Below, piece after piece: positions 47,746 to 61,142 of a DNA stretch of 64,000 bases. Each line of letters opens with the position of its first letter. Position 1 is the first letter of the stretch. The translations under genes were made by a program, and so were the position numbers. Source of the DNA: Mobula hypostoma (taxonomy: Eukaryota); the NCBI RefSeq assembly GCF_963921235.1, contig NC_086115.1, forward strand, positions 48,918,001-48,982,000. Direction: 5' to 3'. The notes beneath the pieces are model-generated. The model was not told where the DNA came from and ran no database searches. It saw nothing but the letters and a program-made list of their open reading frames with translations.

Positions 47746-49151
47746 AATTTATGAAAAACTATACATAAACAATCAATGTGCAAAAGAAGACAAATTGTGC
47801 AAATACTAAACAGGTAACTCTGAGAGCACGAGTCATTGACAGTAAGTCTGGAGGTTGTCGAATCAGTTCATTGTTAAGGTGAGTGAAGTTATCCACACTG
47901 GTTCAGGAGCTTGAAAATATAGGGCATTTTCTCTGAATTATTGAACATCCTGTCCCAGAACTTCATCGACTAAAACGTTGCATTAAATAGCACTATCAGG
48001 GAGGGTGCAGGGTTTGTGCAACCTTAATCACAAGACTCGTTCTGTCAATCACTGGGCCCATGTCATCATGCTGATGTTCAAAGAGCACTTACTTCATGGA
48101 GGAGAAGAGAGGGATTGAGAAGTCCTTCTGAGGATGAGTGTAAAGGTTTGAGGGCTTGAAGTGAAGGAACAGTTCAAGAAGGCACAGACGAGGGCTGGGG
48201 TGCTGCTGGAGCATGAACCCCTTTGGCAGTGCAGTGTTGGGGAGGAGGGGAAGCAAAATAAACATCAAAAAAAATTCTCAAAAGGGATTTGTGGGACAGA
48301 AGATTAATGCATAACCAAATCTGTGAAAAGGAGACACCTCTTTCTCCCTTACTAGGGAGAGAGAGAGAGCCTGTGGTATGTCAAATACCGGGTGAACGAG
48401 TAGTCCTTGGGGTACTGCAAGTCAGTGTCTTTGTTGTTGCTTTGCTCACGCCTGAGTGCTCGGTGGTGGGTGCCGATGCTTTTTTTTGCTAGTGGGGAGA
48501 GGGGACATCATTGCTTGCTGCTGCTTACGCGTGGGAGGGAGGGGAGCTGGGGGGATACTTTGGGGTTCTATCATTTAACTGTCATCCGTTCTTTGGGGGC
48601 ACTCCTCTGTTTTTGGTGGATGTTTGTGAAGGAAAAGCACTTCAGTATACATTTCTCTGACATTAAAGGTACCTTTGAAACCTTTGAAATCTCAGCTCTT
48701 TAGTTCTTCTCACCAAGGAACCCGTGCTATTTGCAGGCCTCAAATGTATAAATAAATTTTGGTCAGCTGATGTTAGAGCATACAGCCTATACTGCAAGGC
48801 TTCACTAAGCTCCCAGGTGCTTATATAGCTGTGACATGCCTGTAGATGACACAAACAAATATACGACCCATGCAACATTGTGTTGAATTTGGTGATCAGG
48901 TTTGAAACCAATTTGTTTGTTGTACATAAAGGTGTTTCACTTAGGGTAAGAATTTCTATCCCAATATATTCTGCAGGGATTGATCAGATAATTTCCATAG
49001 TGCAGAGTTTACATTTAAAAAAGACATTATAATAATCATATTGTGATTGAAAGTTAGAAAAAACAATTGATTATATCATCACGTTAAGAAAATTATAACT
49101 TTGAACTAAAAATCTAAATGCAGTTAATCAAATTTCCTTATTTTTTAACAG

Positions 49152-49229
49152 CATGGTACAATCATTCTTTAAGAGAACAGTGGAATGAAAAATCTAACTA
49201 TGTTGTTGGAAAATCTACAGCAAATTTGG
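49152..49229 (+). CDS. UROS: UROS coding exon 4
   Basis: cag|(A)WYNHSLREQWNEKSNYVVGKSTANL G|gtaag. Confidence 0.94.
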
Positions 49230-50858
49230 GTAAGAAAAGTTAGTTTCATGTACATTACAGATATATTTCCCTCAAACATTACACATAAGGTAAATTAATT
49301 GTCTTATTGAAACACTATTGGATGAAGGAATAAAGCTGGAATTGATATTCCCAAACATTCAGAGTGCTCTGTGAATTTAGAAGTGTTCCAACTATTTTGA
49401 TGTTTTGCAGGGTGAGGATCAGAGGCCTGGGGGTGAGGTGTTGGGACAAGTAAGGTGAGACTGGAACTGAATTGGAAAGTAGAGGAGACACTGCAGCAGG
49501 CAGGGGCCAAAAGCTGTTCTAGTATGACTAGTAGTAAGTTTCTGGAAGGAGTATTATGAGCATTTGGGTGGCGGGGTGGAGGTACCTCTCTACCAAAGGA
49601 GGTAAAAGGTGCTCCTTCTCTCCGCAAGCCTGCAGGTCACCCTTGGGCAAGGTGTAGCACCTGCTTAGCCCCCCCCCCACCCCAATTAAGGTCACATGAA
49701 GCGATGGGAACAGGTGGTGGATGGTCGTATGAGCTGGTGAATATCACAAGTCCTGGTTATGTGACCACTGACGCTCTGAAACTTTTGATAATGGCTGGGC
49801 CACCCATCTAGTAAAGACTCTGCACAGAAGAATGCAATGGCAAACTATTGGAAAGACCATGATCGCCCACATCGTATGACATGGCACACAATGATTATGA
49901 GAGCTACCTGGAGAAGGAACATCAAATAATGAATGCTGCAGATGACCTACAGTTTCATTTTGAGCATTGCCAGGTTTTGGCAGGGAACAATCATGGCTGA
50001 GAGAGAAGAACACAATAATTTTTGTACCATGTACAAAATTTGATCCACGTACAAACAACTGAAACAGGAAACTGATAATTTTTACATCTGAACTGATTGG
50101 GTGATATGAAAAAGCTGAGAGATTATTAGCACCCAGGATATACATAGATGTGCAAAAAGACTATCAACAGTTTTCTTAAGCCAATTACACAGCTGTTGGA
50201 AATTTGACTTGAAAAGACTATATCTGTTGTCATGTGGTAGAACTCAGTAGGTTGAGGGGTTCTGGAATAGCCATGGAAAACAGAAATAGTTGTGAATTTA
50301 TTCATTTTGTGATCTGGTCATACATTTGCGCTAAAGAGGACTAGATTATCTTGTGTTGCATGAATGAGCAATGGTTTTGGACTCTAATTACTTACTCTAG
50401 GGACAGGATGATGCGTTCTTCATTGTCCTAGCACAAAAGTTCAGAAAGAGGGAATTATTTGAATCCATAACTTCACCCCTTCTGATCAGTCTACAAGGTA
50501 GATTGATAGCATCAATGGAGAGAAAAACAGAGTCGTGGTTCTGATCAGTGACCCTTCATCAGTAAGGAAAATTAAGAAAACAAGTGTGTTTTAAATTACT
50601 AAGAGTGTAGCAACAAATATCTGTAATAGTGTGGAGTCCAAGGTTGTCCATGTGGGACAGTTGGCTTTGGTACTATTGGAGAGAGGAATGAACACTCGGT
50701 AATTAAGGCTCATTTGCCTGGAGGAATATAAATGTAGGGAGGTGAATGAGCAAAGTCTTTTGAGCTATCCAGTCTATAAAAAAAATTCCTGGCTTTTGCA
50801 CAAGTATTCTTCAGTACCTTCAGATTTATTAATATGTATTTTCCCCTCTTGTTATAAG

Positions 50859-50933
50859 TAAAGGAAATTGGTCTTGCAACACAAGGAGAAGAAACTGGGA
50901 ATGCAGAAAACCTAGCTAAGTTCATCTGTAGCA
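50859..50933 (+). CDS. UROS: UROS coding exon 5
   Basis: aag|(V)KEIGLATQGEETGNAENLAKFICS A|gtaagt. Confidence 0.94.
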
Positions 50934-51249
50934 GTAAGTTCATGTTATAACTTTTTAAGCATTTCATATGTAGGTCATTTTAATGGGCAGTCATTTATAA
51001 ATAAAAGTAACATTTTCTAAATAAAATACTGATTTCACATAAAATTGATTTATTTAAGATGAGAAAGTAACTAAATCTGGGACATTTCTCAACACCTTTT
51101 TGTGAGATCTTTATGGCAATTATGGTACTGGATTAGTTAATAGCAAGCGTGAATAGGAAGTTGAAAATGGTAACAATATTTGTACTGTACTGTAGGTAGA
51201 GGTAATTAATTATATCAGACATGATGCAGAAGTGAAAATGGAACAGGTA

Positions 51250-51789
51250 CACCCAGTGGCCACTTAATTAGGCACAGGAGTGGAAACCATTGTGATCTTC
51301 TGCTGCTGTAGCACATCCATTTCAAGGTTCAATGTGTAGTGTACGCAGAGATGCTCTTCTGCACACTACCGTTGTAACACATGGTTATTTGAGTTACTGT
51401 CACGTTCCTGTCAGCTCGAACCAGTCTGGCCACTCTCCTCTGACTTCTCTCGTTAACAAGACATTTTTGCCCTCACAACTGCCACTTGGTGGATGTTTTT
51501 GTGTCCCTCGCACCGTTCTCGATAAACTCCAGAGACTGTTGTGCGTGAAAATCCCAAGGGATAAGCAGTTTCTGAGATACTCAAACCACTCCGTCTGGCA
51601 TCAACAATCATTCTGTGGTCAACGTCACTTAGGTGACATTTCTTCCCCTGTTCTGATGTTTGGTCTGAATGACAACTGAACTCTTGACCTTGCCTACAAA
51701 CTTTTATGCATTGAGTTGCTGTCACATGATTGGCTGACTGGACGTTTGCGTTAACAATGAGGTATACCTAATAAAGTGGCCACTGAGTG
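51250..51789 (-). mobile_element. Tc1/mariner deletion derivative
   Basis: TIRs cac(c/t)cagtggccactt(a/t)attagg with TA TSD; Tc1 HTH remnant MIVDARRSGLSISETA..GFSRTTVS. Confidence 0.9.
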
Positions 51790-52110
51790 TACATGACACT
51801 GGCTGTGCTTCATTAACTCCTCTATGACAGTATTGGCGGAATGCAATGTGCAGTGCAGTTGCTCGATCAAAGTTACGCACTCTGCTGCATGTTGTGAGTC
51901 ATATGACGTAGCACTGTCAGTGATGTCATCAGAGCTCTACTCCCAGTTAGTAGTTTGTGTTATTGTTAGAACATCAGCTTTTGTATATCAGTGAACTATT
52001 TGAAAGTATATTGTAAAAAAGTGGCTAGCTGATTTGCAATTTCACATCTTTAATGCTGTGATACAAGGAGCTTCTGTGCATGAAGAGCAACTTCCACTGT
52101 TAGTCTAGAG

Positions 52111-52190
52111 CAGGGGGTTCCCAACCATTTTTATGCCATGGACCAAAACATTAAGCATGGGGTCTGTGGACCCCAGATTGGGAATCCCTG
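52111..52190. mobile_element. 80-bp hAT/Charlie-type MITE
   Basis: TIRs cagggggttcccaa/ttgggaatccctg; TSD gtct(a/g)gag. Confidence 0.8.
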
Positions 52191-52479
52191 GTCTGGAGAA
52201 AACAATATATTAGAGGCCAATGTTTGGCTGAATTATTAGGAAGATTCAAAACTGAAACTGCAGATCTGATCTGGCAATTAAACACGTCTTGGTTTATGTT
52301 ATGTACTTTAAAATGTAGAAAATTATTTTTTTATTGGATCAGGTCTATATAGATTTGATTCTTTCACTGAATTTAATATTTTTGGTTTGCACCTTTTGTG
52401 ATACAGATCTTGCTATATGATATTGTACAGTGAGAAAAGTTGTTTTGTAATTAAAAACATTTTATACTGTTTTCAACAG

Positions 52480-52563
52480 AAGAATCGTCAAGCTCCCTAC
52501 CTCTTCTGTTTGTATGCGGTACACTTAAAAGAGAGACACTCCCTAAATGCTTGAATGAGAACA
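52480..52563 (+). CDS. UROS: UROS coding exon 6
   Basis: cag|(K)ESSSSLPLLFVCGTLKRETLPKCLNEN A|gtaggt. NAGNAG acceptor (cag/aag), so the start could be 52483. Confidence 0.9.
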
Positions 52564-53019
52564 GTAGGTATAAATTTTGATAATGAAAATGCAATTGTAT
52601 ATCAAATGGTATTTAAAGGACGGAGAAAAATTGTTGTTTCAGTTATGACACTTCTTTAAATCCCGTAAGTATTAATGGAAAAGCGCTAACTTTTTTTTAG
52701 ATGCAGATCAACATTGTATTTTACAATCAGGTCCACGCAGACCCCTTAGGAAACATCAGTTACTCATCATTATTAATTCCATTTACCAGCTTATGGTCGT
52801 CTATGCTTGACAATTCAAGTGTTCATACTTTGAGAGCATCTGCCCTCCATGCCACTCAAGAACGAGTTCTAGTTTGCAGCTACCCTTTGAGTGTAATTTT
52901 TTTTCCCCGCTCAGATTTAAGATTTAAAGCACATTTATTATCTAAGACTATATAAATACACCTTGAAATGTGTCTGTTTTCAAGAATAACCCAATTAAAA
53001 AAAGACCAAAAACCAATTT

Positions 53020-54950
53020 GTCAATGATTTAGATTGTCGAATTGATGGCTTTGTGGCAAAGTTTGTGGATGATACAAAGGTAGGTAGAGGGGTAGGTAGT
53101 GCTGAGGAAGCAATACGATTGCAGCCGGACTTAGACAAGTTGGAAGAATGGCCAAAAAAGTAGCAAATGAAATACAGTGTCGGAAAATGTATGATAATAC
53201 AGTTTGATAAGGAACAATAGTGCAGACTATTATCTAAATGGGGAGAAAATTCAAACTTCAGAGGTGCAAAGAGACTTCGGGATCCTCATGCAAGGCTCCC
53301 AGAAAGTTATTTCACAGGCTAAGTGTGTGGTAAAGAAGGCAAATGCAATATTGACATTTATTTTAAGGTGAATATAATATAAAAACTAGGAGATAATGCT
53401 GAAGCTTTATAAGACACTAGTCAGGCCACATTTGGAGTATTGTCAACAGTTTTGGACCCCCTTATCTCAGAAAGGATGTTGTCATTGGAGAGAATCCACA
53501 AGAGTTTCACGAGAATGATTCCAGGAATGAAGGGGTTAACATGTGAGGAGTGTTTGGCAGCTTTGGGCCTGTATTCACTGGAATTTAGAAGAATGCGTGG
53601 GATCTCAATGAAACCTACAGAATGTTGAAAGGACTAGATAAAGTAGACGTGGAGAGGATATTTCTTTTGGTGGGAGCATCCAGAACTAGAAGGCACAGCC
53701 TCAAAATTGAGGGGCAACCTTTTAGAATAGAAGCAAAGAAGATTTTTTTTTAGCCAACGAATGGTGAATCTGTGAAATGCTCTGCCACAGACCCTGGTGG
53801 AGGCCAAGTCTGTGTATATTCAAAGCTGCAGTTGATAGATTCCCGATTGGTCGGGGCATCAGGAGATATGGTGAGTGGGCAGGTGTATGGGGTTGAATGA
53901 TGAAATGGCAGAGTGGACTTGATGGGCTGAATGGCCTAATTCTCCTCCTATGTCTTATGGCCTTAAGAAGCAAAGAGTGGGAATAAAAGCAGCATTTTCT
54001 GGTTGGCTGCTGGTGACTAGTGGTGGTCCACAGGGGATTCTTTTTACTCTAGAAGTGAATGACTTGGATGATGGAATTGATGGCTTTGTGACCAAGTTTG
54101 TGGAAAATACAAAGACAGGAGAGGTAGGTAGTTTTGAGGAAGTAGAGAGGCCACAGAATGACTTAGACAAATTAGGAGAATGGGCAAAGTGGCAGATGGA
54201 ATAAAGTGTCAGGAAGTGTATGGTCATGCACTCTGGCAGAAGAAATAAAAGGGGTAGACTATTTTCTCGTGCAGGATTCCCTAAAGGTTAAATTTCAGGT
54301 TGAGGAAGGCAAATGGGACATTAGGATTCATTTTGAGGGGACTGGAATATAAAAGCAAGGATGTAAGGTAGAGGCTTTAAAGCACTACTGAGGCCTCATT
54401 TGGAGTATTGTGAGCAGTTCTATCCCCTTATCTAAGAAAGGAGGTGCTATCATTGAAGAAGGTTGAAAAGAGGTTCACTAAAATGATTCTGGGAATCAAA
54501 GGCTTGTCACTTGAGGAGTGTTTGATGGCTCTGGGCCTTTACTCACTGGAATTCAGAAGAATGAAGGGATGACCTCATTGAAAGCTATCGAGTAGTGAAA
54601 GGCCTTGATAGTGTGGATATGGAGAGGATGTTTCCTATGGTGGGGGAGTCTAAGACCAGAGAACACAGCCTCAAAAAAGTGGGATATCATTTTATGACAG
54701 AGATGAGGAGGAATTTCTTTAGCTAGAGAATGGTGAATCTGTGGAATTCATTGCCACAGGCGGCTGTGGAGGCCACATCACTGGGTATAGTTAAGGCAGA
54801 GATTGATAGATTCTTGATTAGTCTAGGCATGAAAGGATATGGGAGGAAGGAAATTGGGGCTGAGAGGGAAAATGGATCAGCCATGATAAAATGGCAGAGC
54901 AGACTTGATGGGCCAAATGGCCTAATTTGTCTCCTATATTGTATGGCCTT
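53020..54950 (+). mobile_element. Two tandem decayed CR1 3' halves
   Basis: Two successive runs of KFxDDTK..RPHLEY..GLYSLEFRRM..NLWNSLP. Confidence 0.85.
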
Positions 54951-55164
54951 ATGGTACTTAATAAGATGACCACTGAGTGTACAAGTACTTGCTAAGAAAA
55001 TCAATCACATTTGATGTTTGGTTTTAATCAATACTTAAAGGAAATAAATTAAGTTTGTTAATTTTTTATGGAAACCAGTTTACACAAGGCTGTGATAAAA
55101 CAGTTTTTTCACTGTGTGGTATTTATATTGGCTTAAAGCTTTCTGATGTCTGCACTGATTTCAG

Positions 55165-55250
55165 ATGTGCCTTTGGAGAGCATCACTGTCTATCGGACAT
55201 CTCAACATCCTTCCCTCCAGCAGGCTTTGAGTGATTATTTTTCACAACAG
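55165..55250 (+). CDS. UROS: UROS coding exon 7
   Basis: cag|(N)VPLESITVYRTSQHPSLQQALSDYFSQQ|gtatgt; conserved TVY tyrosine present. Confidence 0.94.
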
Positions 55251-55949
55251 GTATGTGATTCAGAGTATAGTGCAATACCTGCCTATTTAGGCTAAATGAA
55301 ATACAGATTAGCTTTATTTGCCTGCTCTGAATCTTTGTATCGCTAACTGCCCACAATACATCAAACTTCTTGACTTTAACACTCCAGTTGAAACCTCAAT
55401 CCCTCTCAATGCACTGCTCTCCACTCTCTCCGCACTAATCCCAACTTCACCATCAAACCCGCATATAAGGGGGGGTGCTGTCGTAGTCTGGCAGACTGAC
55501 CTTTACCTTGCTGAGGGCAGATGGCAACTCCTCTTACTTACCCCTTCAACAGGACCCCATTATCAGATTGTCATCCGCACCATCATTAATCTTATTGACT
55601 CTGAGGATCTCCCACCTATTGCCCCCAACCTCATAATTCCCTTACCCTGCACCTCCCGTTTCTACCTCCTACCCAAGATCCACTGGTTGGGTGTGTTGTC
55701 CAGAAAGAAGCAGAGAGTTTTACGGCCGTCCTGATTGGAGATAGTAGTGTATAGGGTCTGGACATCCAGTGAAAATGAGATGATCGGGGCTAGGGAACTT
55801 AAGGTCACTGAAGAGATCGAGAGCATGTGAATTGTGATGGATGTAGGTAGGAATTGACCAAAGGGGTTAAAATAGAGTCGAGGTTTGCAGACGGGAGTTC
55901 TGTAGGGCGGGAGCAGGCAGAAACAATTGGTCTACCTGGACGGACAGGC

Positions 55950-56510
55950 TCAGTACCAATATGCACCAAGACATCTGGTTGCTCCCCCTCCCCCTCCAAA
56001 ATGCTGTGGACGCCATCTGAGACCTCCCTGACCCTGGCACCTGGGAGGCAACATACCATCCGGGTTTCCCGTTCACATCCACAGAATCTCCTATCTGTTC
56101 CTCTGACAATTGTGTCCCCTATCAGTATCGCTCGTCTTTTCTCCCCCTTTCCCTTCTGCACCGCAGACCCTTGCTCAGTGCCAGTAACCTGGTCTCAGTG
56201 GCATTCCCCTGGGAGGTCATCCCCCACAACAGTATCCAAAATGGTATATTTATTATTGAGGGACATGGCGCTGCAGCTGGATACATTTCACACAGATGTA
56301 CTTCCCTGGAAGACCCAGGGTCTCCCGGGACTCCAGCATCTGACATGAAGAACACACAATGGCCATTTAAACTGCACTAAGTATCTCTGACACAGTAAGA
56401 AAAAAGGGAAACTTAACAGAAACTTAGCAAGACAACTTACCCAGAGCTGACGCTTCTTCCGAGTCGAAACCTCCTTTGAGCCAAAGCCTGACACTCCCAC
56501 TCTCACCGCT
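55950..56510 (-). mobile_element. CR1 5' region / ORF1 SGNH-esterase fragment, nested in Penelope remnants (55320-55950, 56510-56560)
   Basis: AILIGDTIVRGTDRRFCG...VCCLPGARV...VLVHIGT. Flanks encode Penelope-type GGAVVVW, FYLLPKIH and PGRPIVS. Confidence 0.8.
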
Positions 56511-56663
56511 GGCCCGTGTTGACTGTTTATTCACATCCATAGATGCTGCCTGACCTGCTGAGCAGAACGACTATGTGCAGCAGGTCCAGTCCAGTTAGAC
56601 CTGACCCATCTTCTTAACATTCACAGTTCGGAACTTTAAAAACTTTTTTCTCTTTTCTCCCAG

Positions 56664-56762
56664 GGAATTCCAGCAAGCATTACCTTTTTTAGTCCTTCTG
56701 GTGTCAGGTTTTCTTTGAAGACCATTCAAAAGTTGGCTGGAGATTCCATTAATCAAATCGAG
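56664..56762 (+). CDS. UROS: UROS coding exon 8
   Basis: cag|[33 protein letters not shown]|gtaaac. Confidence 0.94.
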
Positions 56763-56765
56763 GTA

Positions 56766-56968
56766 AACAAGAGGAATTCTGCAGATGCTGGAAATTCAAG
56801 CAACACACATCAAAGTTGCTGGTGAACGCAGCAGGCCAGGCAGCATCTCTAGGAAGAGGTATAGTCGACCCTTCGTCAGGAAGGGTCTCGGTCTGAAATG
56901 TAGACTGTACTTCTTCCTAGAGATGCTGCCTGGCCTGCTGCGTTCATCAGCAACTTCGATGTGTGTTG
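56766..56968 (-). mobile_element. Penelope-pLTR-derived palindromic element at the UROS exon 8 donor
   Basis: ~70-bp inverted arms; 19-bp TSD cattaatcaaatc(g/a)aggta. Confidence 0.88.
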
Positions 56969-57782
56969 CATTAATCAAATCAAGGTACTGTATTTGTGAA
57001 GTGCTTTTCATGTTGTAACCTGACAGATCTTAAGATCCATTTAACAAAAGCTGGTAGGTTTATTTTTTCTGAATGGAGGAGACCAAGAAGAAACCTATTA
57101 TAAAATTATGAGAGGGCTAGATGGAACAAGCAAAGATCTATTTTCCTTAGCAGAGGAATCAAAGCTGGCTGTGGGGCATGGATTTAAAGTAAACCACACA
57201 AAAATTAGAAGGGGAGAAACCCATAGGGTGGTGATGACCTGGAACTCACAGTCTGAAAGTGTGGGAGAGACTGAAACCTTTTGGGTTGAGACCCGCCACC
57301 AGGACTGGAAAGAAAGGAGAGAAGCAGTATAAAATGTTGGGAAGAAAGGGTGGAGCAAAGGCTAGAAGATGACTAGTGAATCCAGGTGAGGGGGTAAACT
57401 ACCTGGAGGGGGAAGGAGAGAGTGGGAGTGATGCAAGAAGCTGCGGGTGATAGGTGTAAGTGACAAGGAGATGGAATTTAATAGATGACAGTGCCATCTT
57501 CTTCAGCCTGAAACAAAATGGTTTAGGTACCTCTGAGGTTCAGACCTGCTCAGGTTGTTCATGTTTCCAGTAGTGTGTCCATTCTTATGAGCTTTGTGGC
57601 TTACAAGTTTCTCAGTGTACCAGGACCAAGAGCTGAGAAATGGGATTAGTGCAACTAGCTCAGTTTGTCCAACATGGACAGTGAGATGACAGGCATCATG
57701 TGTTGTACTGAGTTCTTGCAGAGATACATTTCATCTATGTTAGGTGCGACTTTGGTCATTTTGTTATGGTTTTGCTTTTCAG

Positions 57783-57902
57783 TTTGCAGCGATAGGGTCA
57801 ACAACAGCTGAAGCCATGGCATCAGAGGGACTGACTGTGAGCTGTACAGCTGAAAAACCTACACCACAAGATCTGGCAGCGTGTGTGAGAAGAGTGCTGT
57901 AG
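57783..57902 (+). CDS. UROS: UROS last coding exon
   Basis: cag|[45 protein letters not shown] at 57916-57921. Confidence 0.95.
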   Translation, partial: FAAIGSTTAEAMASEGLTVSCTAEKPTPQDLAACVRRVL

Positions 57903-58074
57903 CAATGCACAGAGTAATAAATAATTGCTCATGTCTCATGGATAAAATGTATGCTTAATTGCCATCTGTCCTGACTTTGAATTGCCCTGTTTTTTTTTGT
58001 AAAATTACATTAAATCAGGATTGTTCTAGGTTTGCATTGTTTGTAAGAAAGAAATCTGTAGTGTCATCTCTTAA

Positions 58075-58289
58075 ACAAGAGAAAATCTGCAGATACTGGA
58101 AATCAAAGTAATACACACAAACTGCTGGAGGAATTCAGCAGGCCAAGCAGCATTCTTGGAAAAGAGGAAACAGTTGATGTTTTGGGCTGAAACCCTTCAT
58201 CAGAACTTGGTCCGAAACGTCGACTGTATACTCTTTTCTATAGACGCTGACTGGCCTGCCGTGTTCCTCTAGAATTTTGTGTGTATTAC
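58075..58289 (-). mobile_element. Penelope-pLTR-derived palindromic element downstream of the UROS stop
   Basis: Inverted arms; 13-bp TSD tgtca(t/g)ctcttaa (58062-58074 and 58290-58302). Confidence 0.82.
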
Positions 58290-60965
58290 TGTCAGCTCTT
58301 AATAGGATCCTCTAAATTACTTACAATATTGAGCTGGATTCTGTGAATAAATGTGTGATCAACATTACATGCAAACAGGCCAGCAACTTCAGTTGTTAAG
58401 GAGATACTCAATGAATTGTGAACCAGCAAATTGGTAGATGATTTCAGCAGATCTTTCGTTAGTCTTGCTTTAAAAACATTAGCTCATCTTTGACTCCCCT
58501 CTGTGTATCATGAGTTTGATACATTTTCACATTAACTGTTCACTGATCACACTGAAGAAAGTTTACTAATTAAGATGGTAGCCTACTCTAACAACGTGAT
58601 GAAGGTCATTGGCTACCGATCAACCTCTCTGGCCTAGAAAATGAACAACTGTAGAGTTTTATTTTGTCAAGTAGTGAATTACTGTTGGAAATTTGAAGCT
58701 CATATTTTAATTTTTAGAATTGCAATTTCTAATCCTTTGCTTTCTTTTGCTTAGTTTAATCTTTCTTTAATGTTACTTATTCCTCTTTGTGAACCTGACT
58801 TGCTACTCTGTTCTCTCACACTAATTCATCCTCCTTCTCTTGTCTTTGTTTTTTTTTTGGTTAAAGGGACACTCTTGGACCCCACCATTCACTGAGTTGT
58901 TACATGCCTGTTACCCTCAACATATTATTGACAGATTAACCTGATCGGTATTGGAAAAATTGACTTGTCCTACTAGAGATACCATCAAATTCTAACCTAT
59001 TATTTGCACAGAACTAAAAAGATTGGTTAAAATTTTCTGCATGTATAAATCACTTGGATATTGTTTATGGTAGAAATTCAAGTGGTCAAATGCATTAGGT
59101 GTGCAAAGTGGAATATACTGACTGAATTCTATTTCAAAATATCTCATTCCCTTGCTAGTTAATTGCACAAGTATAGTACATGAAAATTCCTTTCTGGGAA
59201 ATGTGTTTGGACTGTTTTCTGTATGTAACCAAATGAAATCTCACAAGTCAGTATGATGGCCACATCTTTTAAGTTATTTATATTCTTGGTATAAGGTAAA
59301 ATAATTGGCATTCAGGGCTAACTACTGTGCATGACATTGTAAGGTATTTTCATTAAAGCAATGGGCTATATATCTGATTACAACTGTAAATCTTTATCCA
59401 GAATCAGGTTAACACTGCCTTATATGATGTGAAATGTGTTTTGTGGAAGCAGTACAATGCAAAGACATAAAACTACTATAAATTACAAAATAAATAGTGC
59501 AAAAAAGGAATAATGAGTTCATGAGTTCCTTGTGATTTTCAAACACATCTTTTGTCGCATAGTTCAGAACAAAGACATGTCCATTTTGAGAAATGTTTGA
59601 TCTGAATTTTAACTCTGAAAGAAGATTGGATAGTTTCTTTTGACAGACTTAAGAGAAAAGTACCAAAAAAATTATAAAAGGCACCAAAGATAACTAACTT
59701 CTGACTTACTAGAGATGGGACATGAGTCAGACCACCAATTACCTCATCGAATACAGGTTCATCATTTCAATTTCATTTCCATTTGAACAGCTACTTTATA
59801 TTTACTGTCATCTAGGTTTCCAAGCTTCAATAAACCCACCAAGCAACAATGGCTGAATTTGTAATTTATAGCACATTTTGTAGGCTTTACAGACCAGCAC
59901 ACTCCCCCCTCCAAAATCAAAGCCCTTAAACATTTAAAATGCACATTTAGAGTTCATTTGTAGCATAGAGTCATCATTCATAAGTTTATTTTAGATTATG
60001 AGGACAGACAGTCCTCTTTTATTGTCATTTAGTAATGCATGCATTAAGAAATGATACAATGTTCCTCCAGAATTATATCACAGAAACACAAGACAAACCA
60101 AGACTTAAAAAAACTGACAAAAATCACATAATTATAACATATAGTTACAATAGTGCAAAGCAATACCGTAATTTGATGAAGAACAGACCATGGGCACAGT
60201 TAAAGTCTCAAAGTCTCTCGAAAGCCCCATCATCTCACGCAGACGGTAGAAGGAAGAAAAATTCTCCCTGCCATGAGCTTCCAGCGCCGCAAACTTGCCG
60301 ATGCAACACCCTGGAAGCACCCGACCACAGCCGACTCTTGAGTCCGTCCAAAAACTTCGAGCCTCTGACCAGCCCTCCGACACCGAGCACCATCCTCTGC
60401 TGAGCGCTTCGACCCCGGCCCCAGCAATAGGCAAACGTTTATGTTATGTTTATGATATGAAGATATCCCATGCGCCAAACAGCCTGAATGATAGGTTGTG
60501 TGTCTTGAGCAGAAACGCCGGCAGTACTAGAACACATGCACAGGATTTTGTGGTGACATTGGATTAGCCAGAATAAAGGGAAGAATCAAGAATTTAGAGA
60601 CCAAGGAGGTGGACGTTAGTGGGCTTGTTTGGCCAAGAAGAGTCTTTCATTTTCTTGACCCAAAAGTATTCTTGTAAACTAACCTAGATCCATTCCTTCT
60701 AAACTCCTTTTACGCATTGGTCATGGAAACCTTGTTTGCAAAATGGAGGCATGCAAAGATTTCACCAACCAACTTGCCTCTTACTTGCACCACCATTCAA
60801 TCTGGAACTTGACAATTTCTGGTCATTTTTGATTTTTTTTTTCTCAAATATAAGCTTCTTGTTCAACCTAACTGTTTCCTTTCTGGACTCTAAAATCACC
60901 AAGTGGATTTAAATTGCTCTTTTATTATTTGCTAAGATTAAGAAACTGCAAGACATTGTGCACAA

Positions 60966-61142
60966 ATAGGAAAAAGACTGCAGGTGCTGGAAATCCAAAG
61001 CATCGCACACAAAATGCTGGAGGAACTCAGCAGATCAGGCAGCATCTGTGGAAAAAAGTTGACGTTTTGGGCTGAGACCTTGACTGTTTACTCTTTTCCA
61101 TAGATTTGGCTTGACCTGCTGAATTCCTCCAGCATTTTATGT
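60966..61142 (-). mobile_element. Penelope-pLTR-derived palindromic element
   Basis: Inverted arms; 11-bp TSD attgtgcacaa (60955-60965 and 61143-61153). Confidence 0.82.
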
